A stretch of 63,424 nucleotides of DNA, counting the filler, from Stramenopiles sp. TOSAG23-6 (Eukaryota): assembly GCA_900128565.1 (NCBI GenBank). It is 9 parts of 9 records of this genome, joined end to end, with 100 filler letters (N's around TTAATTAATTAA, not from the genome) between each part and the next. Parts side by side here need not be neighbours in the genome. Positions count along the whole stretch, not along the records: positions 39,032 to 46,706 come from LT636533.1; positions 46,807 to 54,474 come from LT636534.1; positions 54,575 to 62,242 come from LT636535.1; 6 more parts are not named here. One strand, written 5' to 3'. The position numbers and the translations under genes were made by a program. Of this stretch, positions 43,728-57,500 are shown one piece after another (position 1 is the stretch's first letter; every line of letters starts with the position of its first letter). Under the pieces are notes generated by a model, which saw only the letters and a list, made by a program, of their open reading frames with translations, was not told where the DNA came from and searched no databases.

Positions 43728-44645
43728 TTAATAATATTCATATCCTGGTGCTTTTACCTCTTTTAACCATTGTAATACTTCCAAGTGACCACTGTAAGCT
43801 GCATTTGCACACGTTTGTCCATCCCATGGACAAGGTGGATTTTGACTTCTCAACCATTTCAATACTTTTAAGTGACCATTTTCAGTTGCATAACTACACG
43901 TACTTTCATCCCATGGACAAGGTGGATTTTGATTTCTTAACCATTTTAATATTTCCAAGTGACCTTTACGAGCTGCTTCACTACATGTCCATTCATCCCA
44001 TGGACAAGGTGGATTTTGATTTCTTACCAATTGTAATACTTTTAAGTTACCTGAACTAGCTGCCCTCGGACACATACGTTCATCCCAAGGACAAGGTGGA
44101 TTTTGACTTCTTACCCATTTTAATACTTCTACATGACCATATTCAGCTGCTATAGAACACGTATCTTTATCCCATGGACAAGGTGGATTCTGGTGTCTTA
44201 ACCATTGTAATACTTTTAAGTTGCCTGACCTAGCTGCCTCCCAACACGTACGTTCATCCCAAGGACAAGGTGGTTTTTGACTTCTAACCCATTTCAATAC
44301 TTCTAAGTGACCATTTTCGGCTGCAGCTGCAGAAGTACACGTATTTTGTTCCCACCGCGAAGTTCTACCCCACGGACAAGGCGGTTTTCTACTTCTTAAC
44401 CATTGTAAAAAAATCATGTCACCATGCTTTGCTGTTTTAGCACAAGTCACTTTACCCCAATCAACACCAACCATCCAAGGTCGATTTTCGTCATTTGACG
44501 CAAGTCTCCCGGAAAGTCTATCTTTCAGAGTTAAAAAGCTGGTAATTATAAGACCAGGACCTAAGCCGCTAAAGACTCGTTGAAAAAGTTGGAAAACTTC
44601 TTCTTCATGTTTTGTTCGTTTGTATGGACGGACGAGAATACTCAT
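43728..44645 (-). CDS. Ankyrin-like 29-aa repeat protein, paralog of 39033-39545
   Basis: Same LKWLRSQNPPCPWD repeats and shared C-terminus LEVLQWLKEVxAP. Confidence 0.85.
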   Translation of the reverse strand: MSILVRPYKRTKHEEEVFQLFQRVFSGLGPGLIITSFLTLKDRLSGRLASNDENRPWMVGVDWGKVTCAKTAKHGDMIFLQWLRSRKPPCPWGRTSRWEQNTCTSAAAAENGHLEVLKWVRSQKPPCPWDERTCWEAARSGNLKVLQWLRHQNPPCPWDKDTCSIAAEYGHVEVLKWVRSQNPPCPWDERMCPRAASSGNLKVLQLVRNQNPPCPWDEWTCSEAARKGHLEILKWLRNQNPPCPWDESTCSYATENGHLKVLKWLRSQNPPCPWDGQTCANAAYSGHLEVLQWLKEVKAPGYEYY

Positions 44646-44849
44646 TGTAAGTAATTGTAGAGAGACACTAAAAATGATACTAACAATATGTACAGTATGC
44701 TAAAAATGACAGTTACTTTTTTGTCCTTTTGTTTTTTTTTCTTCTTTTCTTCTTTTTTCTTTTACTAGGACCTACTACTACGCTACTACAACACACATTC
44801 AATAAATCCAAAATAAATCTACTCATCATCATCATCGTATACACAAAGT

Positions 44850-46619
44850 ATGAGATATAGCTGTCTTATCCATGTATTATTTTTATCAACACAATTATTT
44901 CTTTCGTGGCGTTGTATTTATTGTCAAATAGATGAAAGAAAAGAAACTACAAATGAGAGCGTAATTAAGGATATTCGAAATACTTGGAAGACAGAACTTG
45001 CTGGTACTGAAGATGCTGATAGCATAGGCTTAATGCAATGGTTAGAAGATGGTGGTGCCGATTTGTCCAGTGGCATACGCCTTGTACAATTTGATGGTAT
45101 GGGAAGGGGTATACTTGCTACACGGGATATCGCCAAAGACTCTTTGTTACTATCCGTCACCATGAAGCAGATTATTTGTCACCATACAATTGCAGCGTTT
45201 GTTAAGCAAGCAAAGTCAAGTAAATTACGGAAAGCTTTCAGGAATCTAAAATCTGATAATGAAACAGAACTAGTTCTTTTTTTGATGCTTCAAATAGCCA
45301 TCGGGCATGACTCTTATTATCATCCGTATATAAAAACATTACCGAAAAAAGTGTCATTACCAATTAATTTCTCTTCTGCTGAACTTGCCGCAGTTCAGGA
45401 TCAAGAAATCACGATGGCAACCAATGATCAAAAGAAACAACTACAAAACCATCATAAATCATTGTTAAAACGATTAATGCATTTATTTGGTCCTGATGGT
45501 TTTGTATCAATATTAAAAAATTCAAATCCAAAAGAAAAAAATGAAAAAAACGAAAAAAACGAAAAAAATAATTTTTCATATTGGTTAACATTTGATGCAT
45601 ATTTTTATGTATATGCACTAATAGGATCTCGTGCACTAACAATAGAGGGAGACAAGTATCTTGTCCCCCTGGCTGATATGACTAATTATGAACCTAATAT
45701 GGATGAATCATCACATTCTTCTGGATCTTCATTTTTGAAATATCACAAATTGGTGAATAATAACCCTAACCCTAATGATGCAAAAAATACAAAAAATACA
45801 AAAAATACAAAAGGAAAAGATTTTGGTTTTGTATTCAAAGTATTTGCAGATCGTACAACTTTAGCAGGACATCAAGTGTTTGAAGATTATGGAGAAAATC
45901 CAAATCGAATTTATTTGTTATATCATGGATTTGTTCCTACATTTCAAAATCCTTTTGATTGCGTTCCCGTTGAGCTTCCACCAATGTCAGTGGATGATTC
46001 ACCATTACTCATTAGAAAACGAATGTATGTTTTNTTTTTTTTNAANTTTTTTNGTCTAAANTTTTTTTTNCGTACGAANTTTTGTACCTAACAATTTTTT
46101 TTAAATTTTCAAATATTTTTCCAAAATACATGTTACTTTTATCATTCGTAGTTGATGTAAGTAGTATGATGAGTAATCCTACGCATCCAAGACAACTTCC
46201 TAAATTTTGTTTTACACCTAGTGAAGGACTTTTAGATCCTGCGTTATTTTATCTAAGAGTGCATTCGTTGAGTTTTGACGCAATTGATTCATGTTTACAG
46301 AAAGTTGAGGATCAAGCCAAGTCAGCTACAACTGTGGCAAAACAAGCATTAGAGATTTGGCATGGTTCATTTGATATAAAGACAAAACGAAAAAGAACAA
46401 ATGATGAATCTCAACATGTAATACGACGGGCTAAAAAATATGCAGCAGTAGAATGTGTTAGTGAAATTGCGACAGCATCGGGAACTCAAATGCAAAAAGA
46501 AGATGATGATATCTTGAATTTTTTCAGTAGGGCTGCTGAAGGGAAATTTTCAATGACAAAAGAAGATTTAGATTCAGATAAATTTGTTGACCAGCGAGTC
46601 TATGCAACCATTCACGATG
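44850..46619 (+). CDS. SET-domain lysine methyltransferase (SETD3/Rubisco-LSMT-like), 3' truncated
   Basis: GMGRGILATRDI, YHPYIKTLP, LVPLADMTNY, GHQVFEDYG..PN..YLLYHGFV. Confidence 0.85.
46025..46131 (+). mobile_element. GT-AT introner (107 nt, contains Ns)
   Basis: CGA AT|GTATGTTTT...CGTACGAANTTTTGTACCTAAC...CCAAAATACAT|G TTA. Confidence 0.8.
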
Positions 46620-46706
46620 GTATGTTTTATTTTTTTTTTACAGAAAAATCGAATTTTTTTTTTCGTACGAAATGTTGTACCTAACAAAAATATTACAAAA
46701 AAAAAA
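46620..46706 (+). mobile_element. Introner 5' part, truncated by gap
   Basis: GAT G|GTATGTTTT...TTTCGTACGAAATGTTGTACCTAAC. Confidence 0.8.
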
Positions 46707-46806
46707 NNNNNNNNNNNNNNNNNNNNNNNNNNNNNNNNNNNNNNNNNNNNTTAATTAATTAANNNNNNNNNNNNNNNNNNNNNNNNNNNNNNNNNNNNNN
46801 NNNNNN

Positions 46807-49800
46807 AAATTTCGTACCTAACGATTTTTTTTACTAAAAAAATATTTTTCCAAAATACATAGATGCAACAGAATTAGAAAATGTTATGGTGACTGCAGGT
46901 TGGTGCCTCACAGCCCCACAAATTCGAAATTTATTGAATGAATTCGATGATAATGGAGATGGTGTATTAGATTTTGGGGAATTTTTGAAAATAATTGATT
47001 ATTTAAGAGTCCAAGAAGAAGATTCTATCATATCTGGTGAGGATACTGATAGCAGCGATGAAGACGAAGATAGTGAACAAGTTCATGAAGAAAAAAAGGA
47101 TAAAGCAAAGAATCGTTTTGGAAGATTCAATTTTGGTAAGAAAGCGAATAATCTCCGAACCAAAAATTCGCGCCGAAATACTTTATTTAATAAGTTAACG
47201 GGTGTGATTAACAGGCCGAAACAAGTGGTGAAACTTCCAGAGAAAACAACAAAAGATTTTCCTGAGGTTGATACCATTGGAATATCTTTGGCTATTTTGC
47301 AAAGGTTAGCTAGTATTGTCCCTGAAGGAATGACAAGTGGAGAACTAATTTTGTATATAATTCAGCCAGAAACTAAAGAAAAGCAGAGAAGTTTTCTTCG
47401 TGAAATTTGGAATTTACAGCAAAATAAGATTAAGGTAAATAATAATACGAAGAAAACAAGATTGTCAACGCAGTCTAAAACCAACGAAGATGAGAGGAAG
47501 AATAATATTGCAGATGCTCGTCGCTCTTTCAAATGGTCAATGTGTATAGATGAAACTAGATCATTAATTGGAACTTCAACACATTATGTGTGTCACTCCT
47601 TGAGTTCATCATTTAGTGAAATGGTCGACGCCCTCACAAACTTTGAAAAACAATGGAAATCTGGGGAGATCGAAGGTGGGGGTCGAAAAAATGATCCTCG
47701 AACTGGAAAGAATATTGAAGCACCACCGATATATTACTGGATTGATATATTTTCTGTGGATCAAAATTTTTACAAAACTGAAGGGAAAGTAGGCAACCAG
47801 CTTCCAGATGACTTTTTTTCCAGTAAGAAACTTTCCAATTCTATGGGAGTCGATGAAGCTAAAAAAACTGATAATAGAGCAAATATTGTGATGATACCAG
47901 GTGAATGGAATGATATTAAACCTTTAAATTCCCTCTTTTGTTTATGGTCAATATATGTTGCCATGACAAGAGATATTCCCAAAAGTGGAAAATGCCATAA
48001 TACGAAAGAAAATCCATTGACGATTCAAGATAAATATTCTCAAGATACATCTAGTGGAAAGATATATTTAGCGTTTACGAAACAACAACACTTCAACTTA
48101 AGAGAAGCAATGCTTAGCGATTTTGATAGTGTTTTGTCATCATTTTCATCAATTGACTGCGAGAATGCAATTTCCTCGAGTACTAAGGAACGTCAAGATA
48201 TACTTCTTAATGTAGAACTTGATGGAGTCGGGAATCTCAACAAAGTTACCGAAAATGCTATGCTTCACTGGCTTGCGGAACATGGGCTTCGGGAATCGGA
48301 GATACTGGAGGAACACCGAGGAAGCAAAAATGACGGTCTACAGTTGCTTCGACTGGGACTTTCAACATTACTGTGTCAGATTGGTCGACATGAAGATGCA
48401 TCGCCCCTTCTTCGCAGTGTTGCACAGGCAAGAGAAAAAGTTATTGGACTGACAAATGCGAAGACTTTAGATGTTATGGATGCTTTTGCAAAAAATCTTA
48501 AAGATCTTGGAGAATTCGAAGAATCCGAAGCTGTTTATTGGCGTCTACTGAACGCTAGAGAATTTTCAAATGGAAGCGATGCAGTTTCTACCTTGATGTG
48601 TACCATTCATCTTGCCGATCTTCTACGTATGAGACAGAAATTAGCTCCTGCGCATAAACTCTACAGTAAAGCTCTTCAAGGCTACGAAAACATCGCAGGA
48701 AAAAATGCTAGATCAACACAAGAATGTCGCGAACGTTTGAAGTTACTTGAGCGGCACGCCAGTGCTGAAAAAGTGATATCACTTCATCGTCATGAACTTG
48801 CTAAATTTGAAAGAACATGCGGGCCAAATCACCAAGATACACTGGGGAAAGTCGCGCAACTCGTACATTCTTTAATAGCAACTGAACGTCTTGACGAAGC
48901 CGAGAAGCTAATCATTGAACGAATTTTGCCTGGGTGGATTCCAAAGTGGAGTATTTCACATCCTAAATGTCGTCGAATAATAAGGCAGCTTGCAAAAATA
49001 TGTCATATACGTGGCGAAATTAAACGTGCAAAAGCGTTATACGCTTCCCTCGGATGCGAAGATATTATTTGCGAGCAAAACGTTACATTTGCAAAAGAAA
49101 TACTTTCAGGCCTTTCACGTTACAAGCAAGGAGATTCACTCTTAGAAATACGGAATCATGGCTCAAACAAGCAGCTGAAAATTTACCTGGCTAACAGAGG
49201 AGTTTCATGCGACGAGATAGACGAAGCCGAGCGTAGAATTAAAGTTGAAGACGACGAGCTACATATAGAAGGTAAATAAATTATAAGTAAATACATTAAT
49301 TTATTATCTACACATATTACCCAAATAATATATCACCATTTGGAAGAGTTTTTGTTCCTGTTAAACGCAGTTGTGTTTGTTGAATAGTTTTATCTTTTAA
49401 ATCATTAATTTTTTTGAATATGTTGTCGTGGTGATCAAATGTGATTCCCACAAGTGACTGTTTATTGGGTGCAATATTTTTTCTATATTTTACAGTGTAA
49501 GACGGGTTTTCAGAATTATGTGATAGATCGATAGTTTGTAATTTTTTAGTAGATACATTAGCTTGTACTGGAACTTCTTTGATGTCAATATCATCATTTT
49601 TTATTGACGCTTTGACAAGATGATGTCGAAGTATCGCTTCATGATGATCCTTTGATTCTTTGACCGCATTCAATATATGGGTTTTGTGGGCACTGCGCTC
49701 ACGTTCCAATGTCAGTTCCAACTCAGCTGTTTTTTTTTTCACGAACTCATTTTTCATTTTACTTGCGTGTTCCTGAATCACAGCAAGTTCTTCCTCGTGT

Positions 49801-52800
49801 TTTTGTGCGAGTTTGCTGACTGCATCTTCCGCTGTCTCTGTAAGTCGAGCTAATTGGGATGCGAATGCGTCTTGATCTTTCTGTCGCATCTCGGTAAATT
49901 TCTTCTGCTCTATTTCACAAAATTTGACTGCTTCTTCTTTGACGCGAACAATTTCAGCATTGTGTTTCACTTCCATTGCCTTCACAGCAAATGAGACCTC
50001 ACATAATTCAGCTTCATGTTTCGCTGACAACTTCTGTGCCATTGCGGTGATAAACTCTTCTTTTTTTTCTTTCAATGTTTTCACTGCAATAGCTACTTCG
50101 GCTAACTCTGTATCATGTTTTGTCTTCAACTCTTTTATACGAAGCGCTACATATTCATTCTTTTTCGATTCCATATCAAGTTTCGCCTTAGAAAGCTCAG
50201 TTTCGTGTTTCGCAATTAATTCTGCAGTCGCCGCTAAAATAGCACTTTCGACATATTCTTCTTTGACTTTGTTTAATTTCTTTACTAGCTTTGTTTGATT
50301 TGAATAATTCAGCTCTCTGTCGGATGCATTTTTCTGCTTCAATGATGAAGTTACTTGGTTATAATGTATTTGGAATTCTACAATCTTTTCATCTATTTTA
50401 AGTGCGTTCTTTGATGCGAGACTTGCAAGCTCATGTTCGTGTCTAAGCTTCAATGTTGAAATTTCTTGATGATGAACTTCATCTTTTTGCTTTTTTTCAC
50501 ACAAAATCAAGTCTTGAATTGCTTTCAATTGGTGTTCACTAGATTCACTATACTGTATTTTTTGTTTTTCAAGTTCTCCTTCCAGGAGTAAAACTTGATT
50601 TTGTGCGACCTCTACGGAACGTTTCGTCGTAGCAAGTTTTCCAGCTGAAATATCTCGTGCTTCCTGTAGCACCAATAAATGATGCTCTGCGCATTCATCA
50701 TATTGTGACTCCATCGCTTTCATTTTTTTTTCAAGGGCTGCAGTACGGGATTGAGATATTTCGTACCTTTTTTGTACTACATCAGCATTGTTCTGAACCG
50801 TTTCAAGTTTTTGTGTCAATTTGACACGCGCTTCTTCAAGCTCTCCTAAGTGATGCTCTGTAGATTCGCTATACTGTAACTCCATTACCCTAATCTTTTG
50901 TTCAAGATCAGTGGCATTAGATTGTGCTGCATCTGCATTATGCTGAACTGTAACAGATGCCGTCTGTGCTTCTTGAAGAGCGATGAATTGTTGCTCCTCA
51001 TGTTGGAAATATTGTGACTCTAATTTGTGTATGCTCTCCCTGAGAGAACATAACTCGCCCTCGTGCTGTTTTCTTAAATTCTCCACGAAATCAATATGTA
51101 TTTTTTCCAAGGAGGCAATTTGTGCATCATAATTTTCTTTGGGATACATACGATGTTGAGAGACTGAAATACGAAGCTGCTCAAGATCTTTTTTCTTTAA
51201 AACAAGAGATGCTTCAAGCTCTTTACATTTCACCTCGTTGTTTTTGTATTGATCTGTCAGACGTTTATATTCTGACTGCCAATGTTTCGCATCTTTCACA
51301 GCACGATCTAACTCAATTCTAAGTGTTTTATTATGTGAAGCTGCAGATTTTTCCTCAAAATCTTGCATCGCTTTTGCTAGAGCATTCTTTTGGACAGATG
51401 CAAGCTCATTCAAAGCGGATTCACGCTGTTTAGATGCATCTTGGAGCATACGTTTTACTTCAGATTCATGGCTTTCCTTTAGATGTTCAATTTCTTGGAC
51501 ATGTACATGACACAACTCGGACTCTCGGCGTTCAGCTCGTGTTTTAATGCAAGTACTATAGTTTTCCAACTCTGTAATTTTTTTGTGCAAACTCTCTATG
51601 CGATCTTCAAATTTTGTGTCATTCTCGACACATAAATTTTGCTTTATCTTTGATATTTCCTCATTAAGACGCGATATCTCCGATTTATGCGAAGATTCGA
51701 TTTCTTGCCGTTCTTTATTAAAATCTTTTAACTTTTTATTTAATGTAGCAATGGTAGATTGGAGATGACGAACTTCAGTTTCCTCAGATTCTTTCTCTGT
51801 AATTGTTATTGCAAGTCGACTTTGTGCTGTGCGAGCAAGATTGCGTAGCTCTTCTAATCGAGATTTAGCCAATGTTTGTTCATGGTCGGCAATTTGGAGT
51901 TTATTTTGTAACTCTTTAATACGATCAACATGCAGCCTTATACTTTCTTTATCTTTTAATTGACATTCCGATAATTCAACATTTACTGATTTTTGTAATT
52001 CAAATTCACGACGTAAACGATCAACATCAGCATTATGCACAGCCAAATCTTTCATTTCACCTTGAAGTTGCATTTTAACAAATTTGCTATCTTTTCTCAG
52101 ATCGTTTGCTATTTTTAGCTGTTGTTGTTCATGACGAACTCTTAAACGATTAATATCTTGCTGTAAAACATTTATTTTACTTTCTTTCTCTGTCAATACA
52201 ACTTTAGTATCATCTACAACATCTTGTAACTCACGAAGTTTCATTTCATTAGAATGACACTCACTCTTATAACTTCCTATTTGTGTCAAAAATACATCAA
52301 TACGCTTACGCTGCCGGGCTAATTCGGCCACAAGTGAAGTACATTTCCCCTCAGATACCACACGAGAGGCTTCTGCCTCAGTTACACTATCTTGAAGTAT
52401 GATATTTTTTGACCGAAACATTGCAATTTCAGCCTGATGACTTTTAATTATAGCTTCCAATTTTTTCTTCTGATTACTTGCTCGAGCACGACGTATTTCC
52501 AATTCTTTCTCAAATTCCAATGTGTTGGTTGCTGATAAATCTGATGCGTTTTGTATTTCTCGTTTCAATTCTTCACACTCATTTTTTCTCTGATCACACT
52601 CGATTGTCTTTGTTCGCAGATGAACCCTTATTTCTTCAATTCTATGCCGCTGTCGTTGAAGTTCATGAAAATTTGATGAATAAAGGTTTTGTGTACCATC
52701 CAAGGAAGATACAGGTAATGTATTTTCCAAATTCGATTGTGGTTTGTGGTTAGTATTTTTTTGTATTTCACTCAACTTTGATTCCAACTCTACATTTTTA

Positions 52801-54474
52801 ATTTTCATCAAACGAAGCTCTTCCATTTTTTCAGAGAATAATAACTTTTGTTCCATATTCCTATTTTCATATTTCAATGATGAAGATTCCAAACTTTCCT
52901 TCAGTTTTGAACTTAGTTTAAGGTCCATATCCTGCAAACTCTTCGCCAGCGCAGCTTCAGCTCTTATTTTCTCCTCTTTCAATGCTAGCCTATGTGTTTC
53001 CAATAATTGTTTTGTTTTATGTTTCAATGTATTTTTAGCTATTATTTCGTTGTTTTTCAATAATTGTGAAGATTCTGAAAGACGATCTTCAAACTCAATT
53101 GTAGATAAAGAATACTTTTCAGTAAATGCCTCACTAATACTCGAAATTTCTTCTTTGTTTGAATTAACAACTCTCGATAGTTCTTCTTCATAGGATGAGT
53201 GCACTTTAGAAAACTTTTCTTTTTCTTCCGTTAATTGCTTCAGAATTTCAATTCGACATTTATTTTCACATTTTTGAAGGCTTTCCTCAGATGATCTCTG
53301 TGCAAACTCCATACGAGATTTTATGTTTGCAACAGCTTCATTTTTTTCATTATCTTTTTTACTCATCATTTTATGCTCCTTATTTATAGCGTTTACTTCA
53401 TATAATTCGTATGCCTCCTCCACATTGTGCAATTTTTGTGTTATGAGAGAAACTTCAGTCTGTGAGAATTTAGCTTCATCTGTCACATGGGCAACTGCCG
53501 ATTCAAGTTTTTTACGAGATAATAGAATAGAAGTATCATATTTTTGCTGCAGACTTTTGATATTACTGTTTAAACGTTCCATGACATCATCGTTTTCATT
53601 ACATTTACGTTGTAGAGACCGTAAACGTGATTTTGTTGAACTAACCTCGCGATGAGCAGCAGTGACATCGTTTTTCATCTTTTTATTCCGCATATTTAGT
53701 TCTTGTGTCTCTTTTCGATAAATTCCAGATAGTTCGCACATATCAACCTCTTTTGCCTTTGAAATCGATGCATTTTCTTCAATGAGTTTCATTTCTCGCT
53801 CTTTCGATTCAGCTAAAGCTTGTTCTACGCTTTGAAAAGACATCTCAAGCTTGGCATTTTCAGCTGCCACACGAGCTCTTTCGCGCTCGATAGGCTCCAT
53901 AAGGAAAACTTTCTCGGCCGAAGCTCGTTGTTTCTGAGCACGAAGTAACGAGTGTAATAATTTGATTTCATCATTAGCTTGTTTCAATTCTTCTACAGTA
54001 CTCTGAATTATACTCGCACTTTGGCGCCTTTCTTCCACCAACATTGAGTTTTTTGCTGCTAAAGCCAAATTCGACAAATGCAATTTTTGCTTCAAACTTG
54101 AAATAAGAGCACCAACACCAGCACGATGTACATAAGAATTATTCGTAATAGTTTGTGTAGATGCAGTACAAGCGATAGACCTCGTGGACTTCCTGTAGTC
54201 TTGCATTTCATTCCTCTGAAGTTCTCTCTGAACGTGTGATTCATTAGAAGATGAGCTTATATTTTTATGTATGGCATTTGAATCATTAATACAGTTATTA
54301 TGGGTATTTGTACATGACTGCTCTATTACTTCTTGATCAAACATCTGCATTGTGATACTTTGCCTTAGAGCTCTCTCGGCAGCTATGCGTTGCTCTCTCG
54401 CTTGTCTCAATGACAATATTTGTGGAGATATGTCATCGACAAAGTTAGCTATATCCTCTTGTGGAGATATGTCA
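46807..54474 (+). repeat. Duplicate of contig 15633-23300 (CDS 46861-49279 + and 49317-54473 -)
   Basis: Same start base and same translated ORFs as the first copy. Confidence 0.95.
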
Positions 54475-54574
54475 NNNNNNNNNNNNNNNNNNNNNNNNNN
54501 NNNNNNNNNNNNNNNNNNTTAATTAATTAANNNNNNNNNNNNNNNNNNNNNNNNNNNNNNNNNNNNNNNNNNNN

Positions 54575-57500
54575 AAATTTCGTACCTAACGATTTTTTTT
54601 ACTAAAAAAATATTTTTCCAAAATACATAGATGCAACAGAATTAGAAAATGTTATGGTGACTGCAGGTTGGTGCCTCACAGCCCCACAAATTCGAAATTT
54701 ATTGAATGAATTCGATGATAATGGAGATGGTGTATTAGATTTTGGGGAATTTTTGAAAATAATTGATTATTTAAGAGTCCAAGAAGAAGATTCTATCATA
54801 TCTGGTGAGGATACTGATAGCAGCGATGAAGACGAAGATAGTGAACAAGTTCATGAAGAAAAAAAGGATAAAGCAAAGAATCGTTTTGGAAGATTCAATT
54901 TTGGTAAGAAAGCGAATAATCTCCGAACCAAAAATTCGCGCCGAAATACTTTATTTAATAAGTTAACGGGTGTGATTAACAGGCCGAAACAAGTGGTGAA
55001 ACTTCCAGAGAAAACAACAAAAGATTTTCCTGAGGTTGATACCATTGGAATATCTTTGGCTATTTTGCAAAGGTTAGCTAGTATTGTCCCTGAAGGAATG
55101 ACAAGTGGAGAACTAATTTTGTATATAATTCAGCCAGAAACTAAAGAAAAGCAGAGAAGTTTTCTTCGTGAAATTTGGAATTTACAGCAAAATAAGATTA
55201 AGGTAAATAATAATACGAAGAAAACAAGATTGTCAACGCAGTCTAAAACCAACGAAGATGAGAGGAAGAATAATATTGCAGATGCTCGTCGCTCTTTCAA
55301 ATGGTCAATGTGTATAGATGAAACTAGATCATTAATTGGAACTTCAACACATTATGTGTGTCACTCCTTGAGTTCATCATTTAGTGAAATGGTCGACGCC
55401 CTCACAAACTTTGAAAAACAATGGAAATCTGGGGAGATCGAAGGTGGGGGTCGAAAAAATGATCCTCGAACTGGAAAGAATATTGAAGCACCACCGATAT
55501 ATTACTGGATTGATATATTTTCTGTGGATCAAAATTTTTACAAAACTGAAGGGAAAGTAGGCAACCAGCTTCCAGATGACTTTTTTTCCAGTAAGAAACT
55601 TTCCAATTCTATGGGAGTCGATGAAGCTAAAAAAACTGATAATAGAGCAAATATTGTGATGATACCAGGTGAATGGAATGATATTAAACCTTTAAATTCC
55701 CTCTTTTGTTTATGGTCAATATATGTTGCCATGACAAGAGATATTCCCAAAAGTGGAAAATGCCATAATACGAAAGAAAATCCATTGACGATTCAAGATA
55801 AATATTCTCAAGATACATCTAGTGGAAAGATATATTTAGCGTTTACGAAACAACAACACTTCAACTTAAGAGAAGCAATGCTTAGCGATTTTGATAGTGT
55901 TTTGTCATCATTTTCATCAATTGACTGCGAGAATGCAATTTCCTCGAGTACTAAGGAACGTCAAGATATACTTCTTAATGTAGAACTTGATGGAGTCGGG
56001 AATCTCAACAAAGTTACCGAAAATGCTATGCTTCACTGGCTTGCGGAACATGGGCTTCGGGAATCGGAGATACTGGAGGAACACCGAGGAAGCAAAAATG
56101 ACGGTCTACAGTTGCTTCGACTGGGACTTTCAACATTACTGTGTCAGATTGGTCGACATGAAGATGCATCGCCCCTTCTTCGCAGTGTTGCACAGGCAAG
56201 AGAAAAAGTTATTGGACTGACAAATGCGAAGACTTTAGATGTTATGGATGCTTTTGCAAAAAATCTTAAAGATCTTGGAGAATTCGAAGAATCCGAAGCT
56301 GTTTATTGGCGTCTACTGAACGCTAGAGAATTTTCAAATGGAAGCGATGCAGTTTCTACCTTGATGTGTACCATTCATCTTGCCGATCTTCTACGTATGA
56401 GACAGAAATTAGCTCCTGCGCATAAACTCTACAGTAAAGCTCTTCAAGGCTACGAAAACATCGCAGGAAAAAATGCTAGATCAACACAAGAATGTCGCGA
56501 ACGTTTGAAGTTACTTGAGCGGCACGCCAGTGCTGAAAAAGTGATATCACTTCATCGTCATGAACTTGCTAAATTTGAAAGAACATGCGGGCCAAATCAC
56601 CAAGATACACTGGGGAAAGTCGCGCAACTCGTACATTCTTTAATAGCAACTGAACGTCTTGACGAAGCCGAGAAGCTAATCATTGAACGAATTTTGCCTG
56701 GGTGGATTCCAAAGTGGAGTATTTCACATCCTAAATGTCGTCGAATAATAAGGCAGCTTGCAAAAATATGTCATATACGTGGCGAAATTAAACGTGCAAA
56801 AGCGTTATACGCTTCCCTCGGATGCGAAGATATTATTTGCGAGCAAAACGTTACATTTGCAAAAGAAATACTTTCAGGCCTTTCACGTTACAAGCAAGGA
56901 GATTCACTCTTAGAAATACGGAATCATGGCTCAAACAAGCAGCTGAAAATTTACCTGGCTAACAGAGGAGTTTCATGCGACGAGATAGACGAAGCCGAGC
57001 GTAGAATTAAAGTTGAAGACGACGAGCTACATATAGAAGGTAAATAAATTATAAGTAAATACATTAATTTATTATCTACACATATTACCCAAATAATATA
57101 TCACCATTTGGAAGAGTTTTTGTTCCTGTTAAACGCAGTTGTGTTTGTTGAATAGTTTTATCTTTTAAATCATTAATTTTTTTGAATATGTTGTCGTGGT
57201 GATCAAATGTGATTCCCACAAGTGACTGTTTATTGGGTGCAATATTTTTTCTATATTTTACAGTGTAAGACGGGTTTTCAGAATTATGTGATAGATCGAT
57301 AGTTTGTAATTTTTTAGTAGATACATTAGCTTGTACTGGAACTTCTTTGATGTCAATATCATCATTTTTTATTGACGCTTTGACAAGATGATGTCGAAGT
57401 ATCGCTTCATGATGATCCTTTGATTCTTTGACCGCATTCAATATATGGGTTTTGTGGGCACTGCGCTCACGTTCCAATGTCAGTTCCAACTCAGCTGTTT

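Noticed and set aside
11911-46131. Assigning the element to Ginger (TGT..ACA ends) or Helitron (A^T insertion)
   Set aside because: No consistent 4-bp TSD, no TC..CTRR termini and no transposase in the window; the superfamily cannot be supported.
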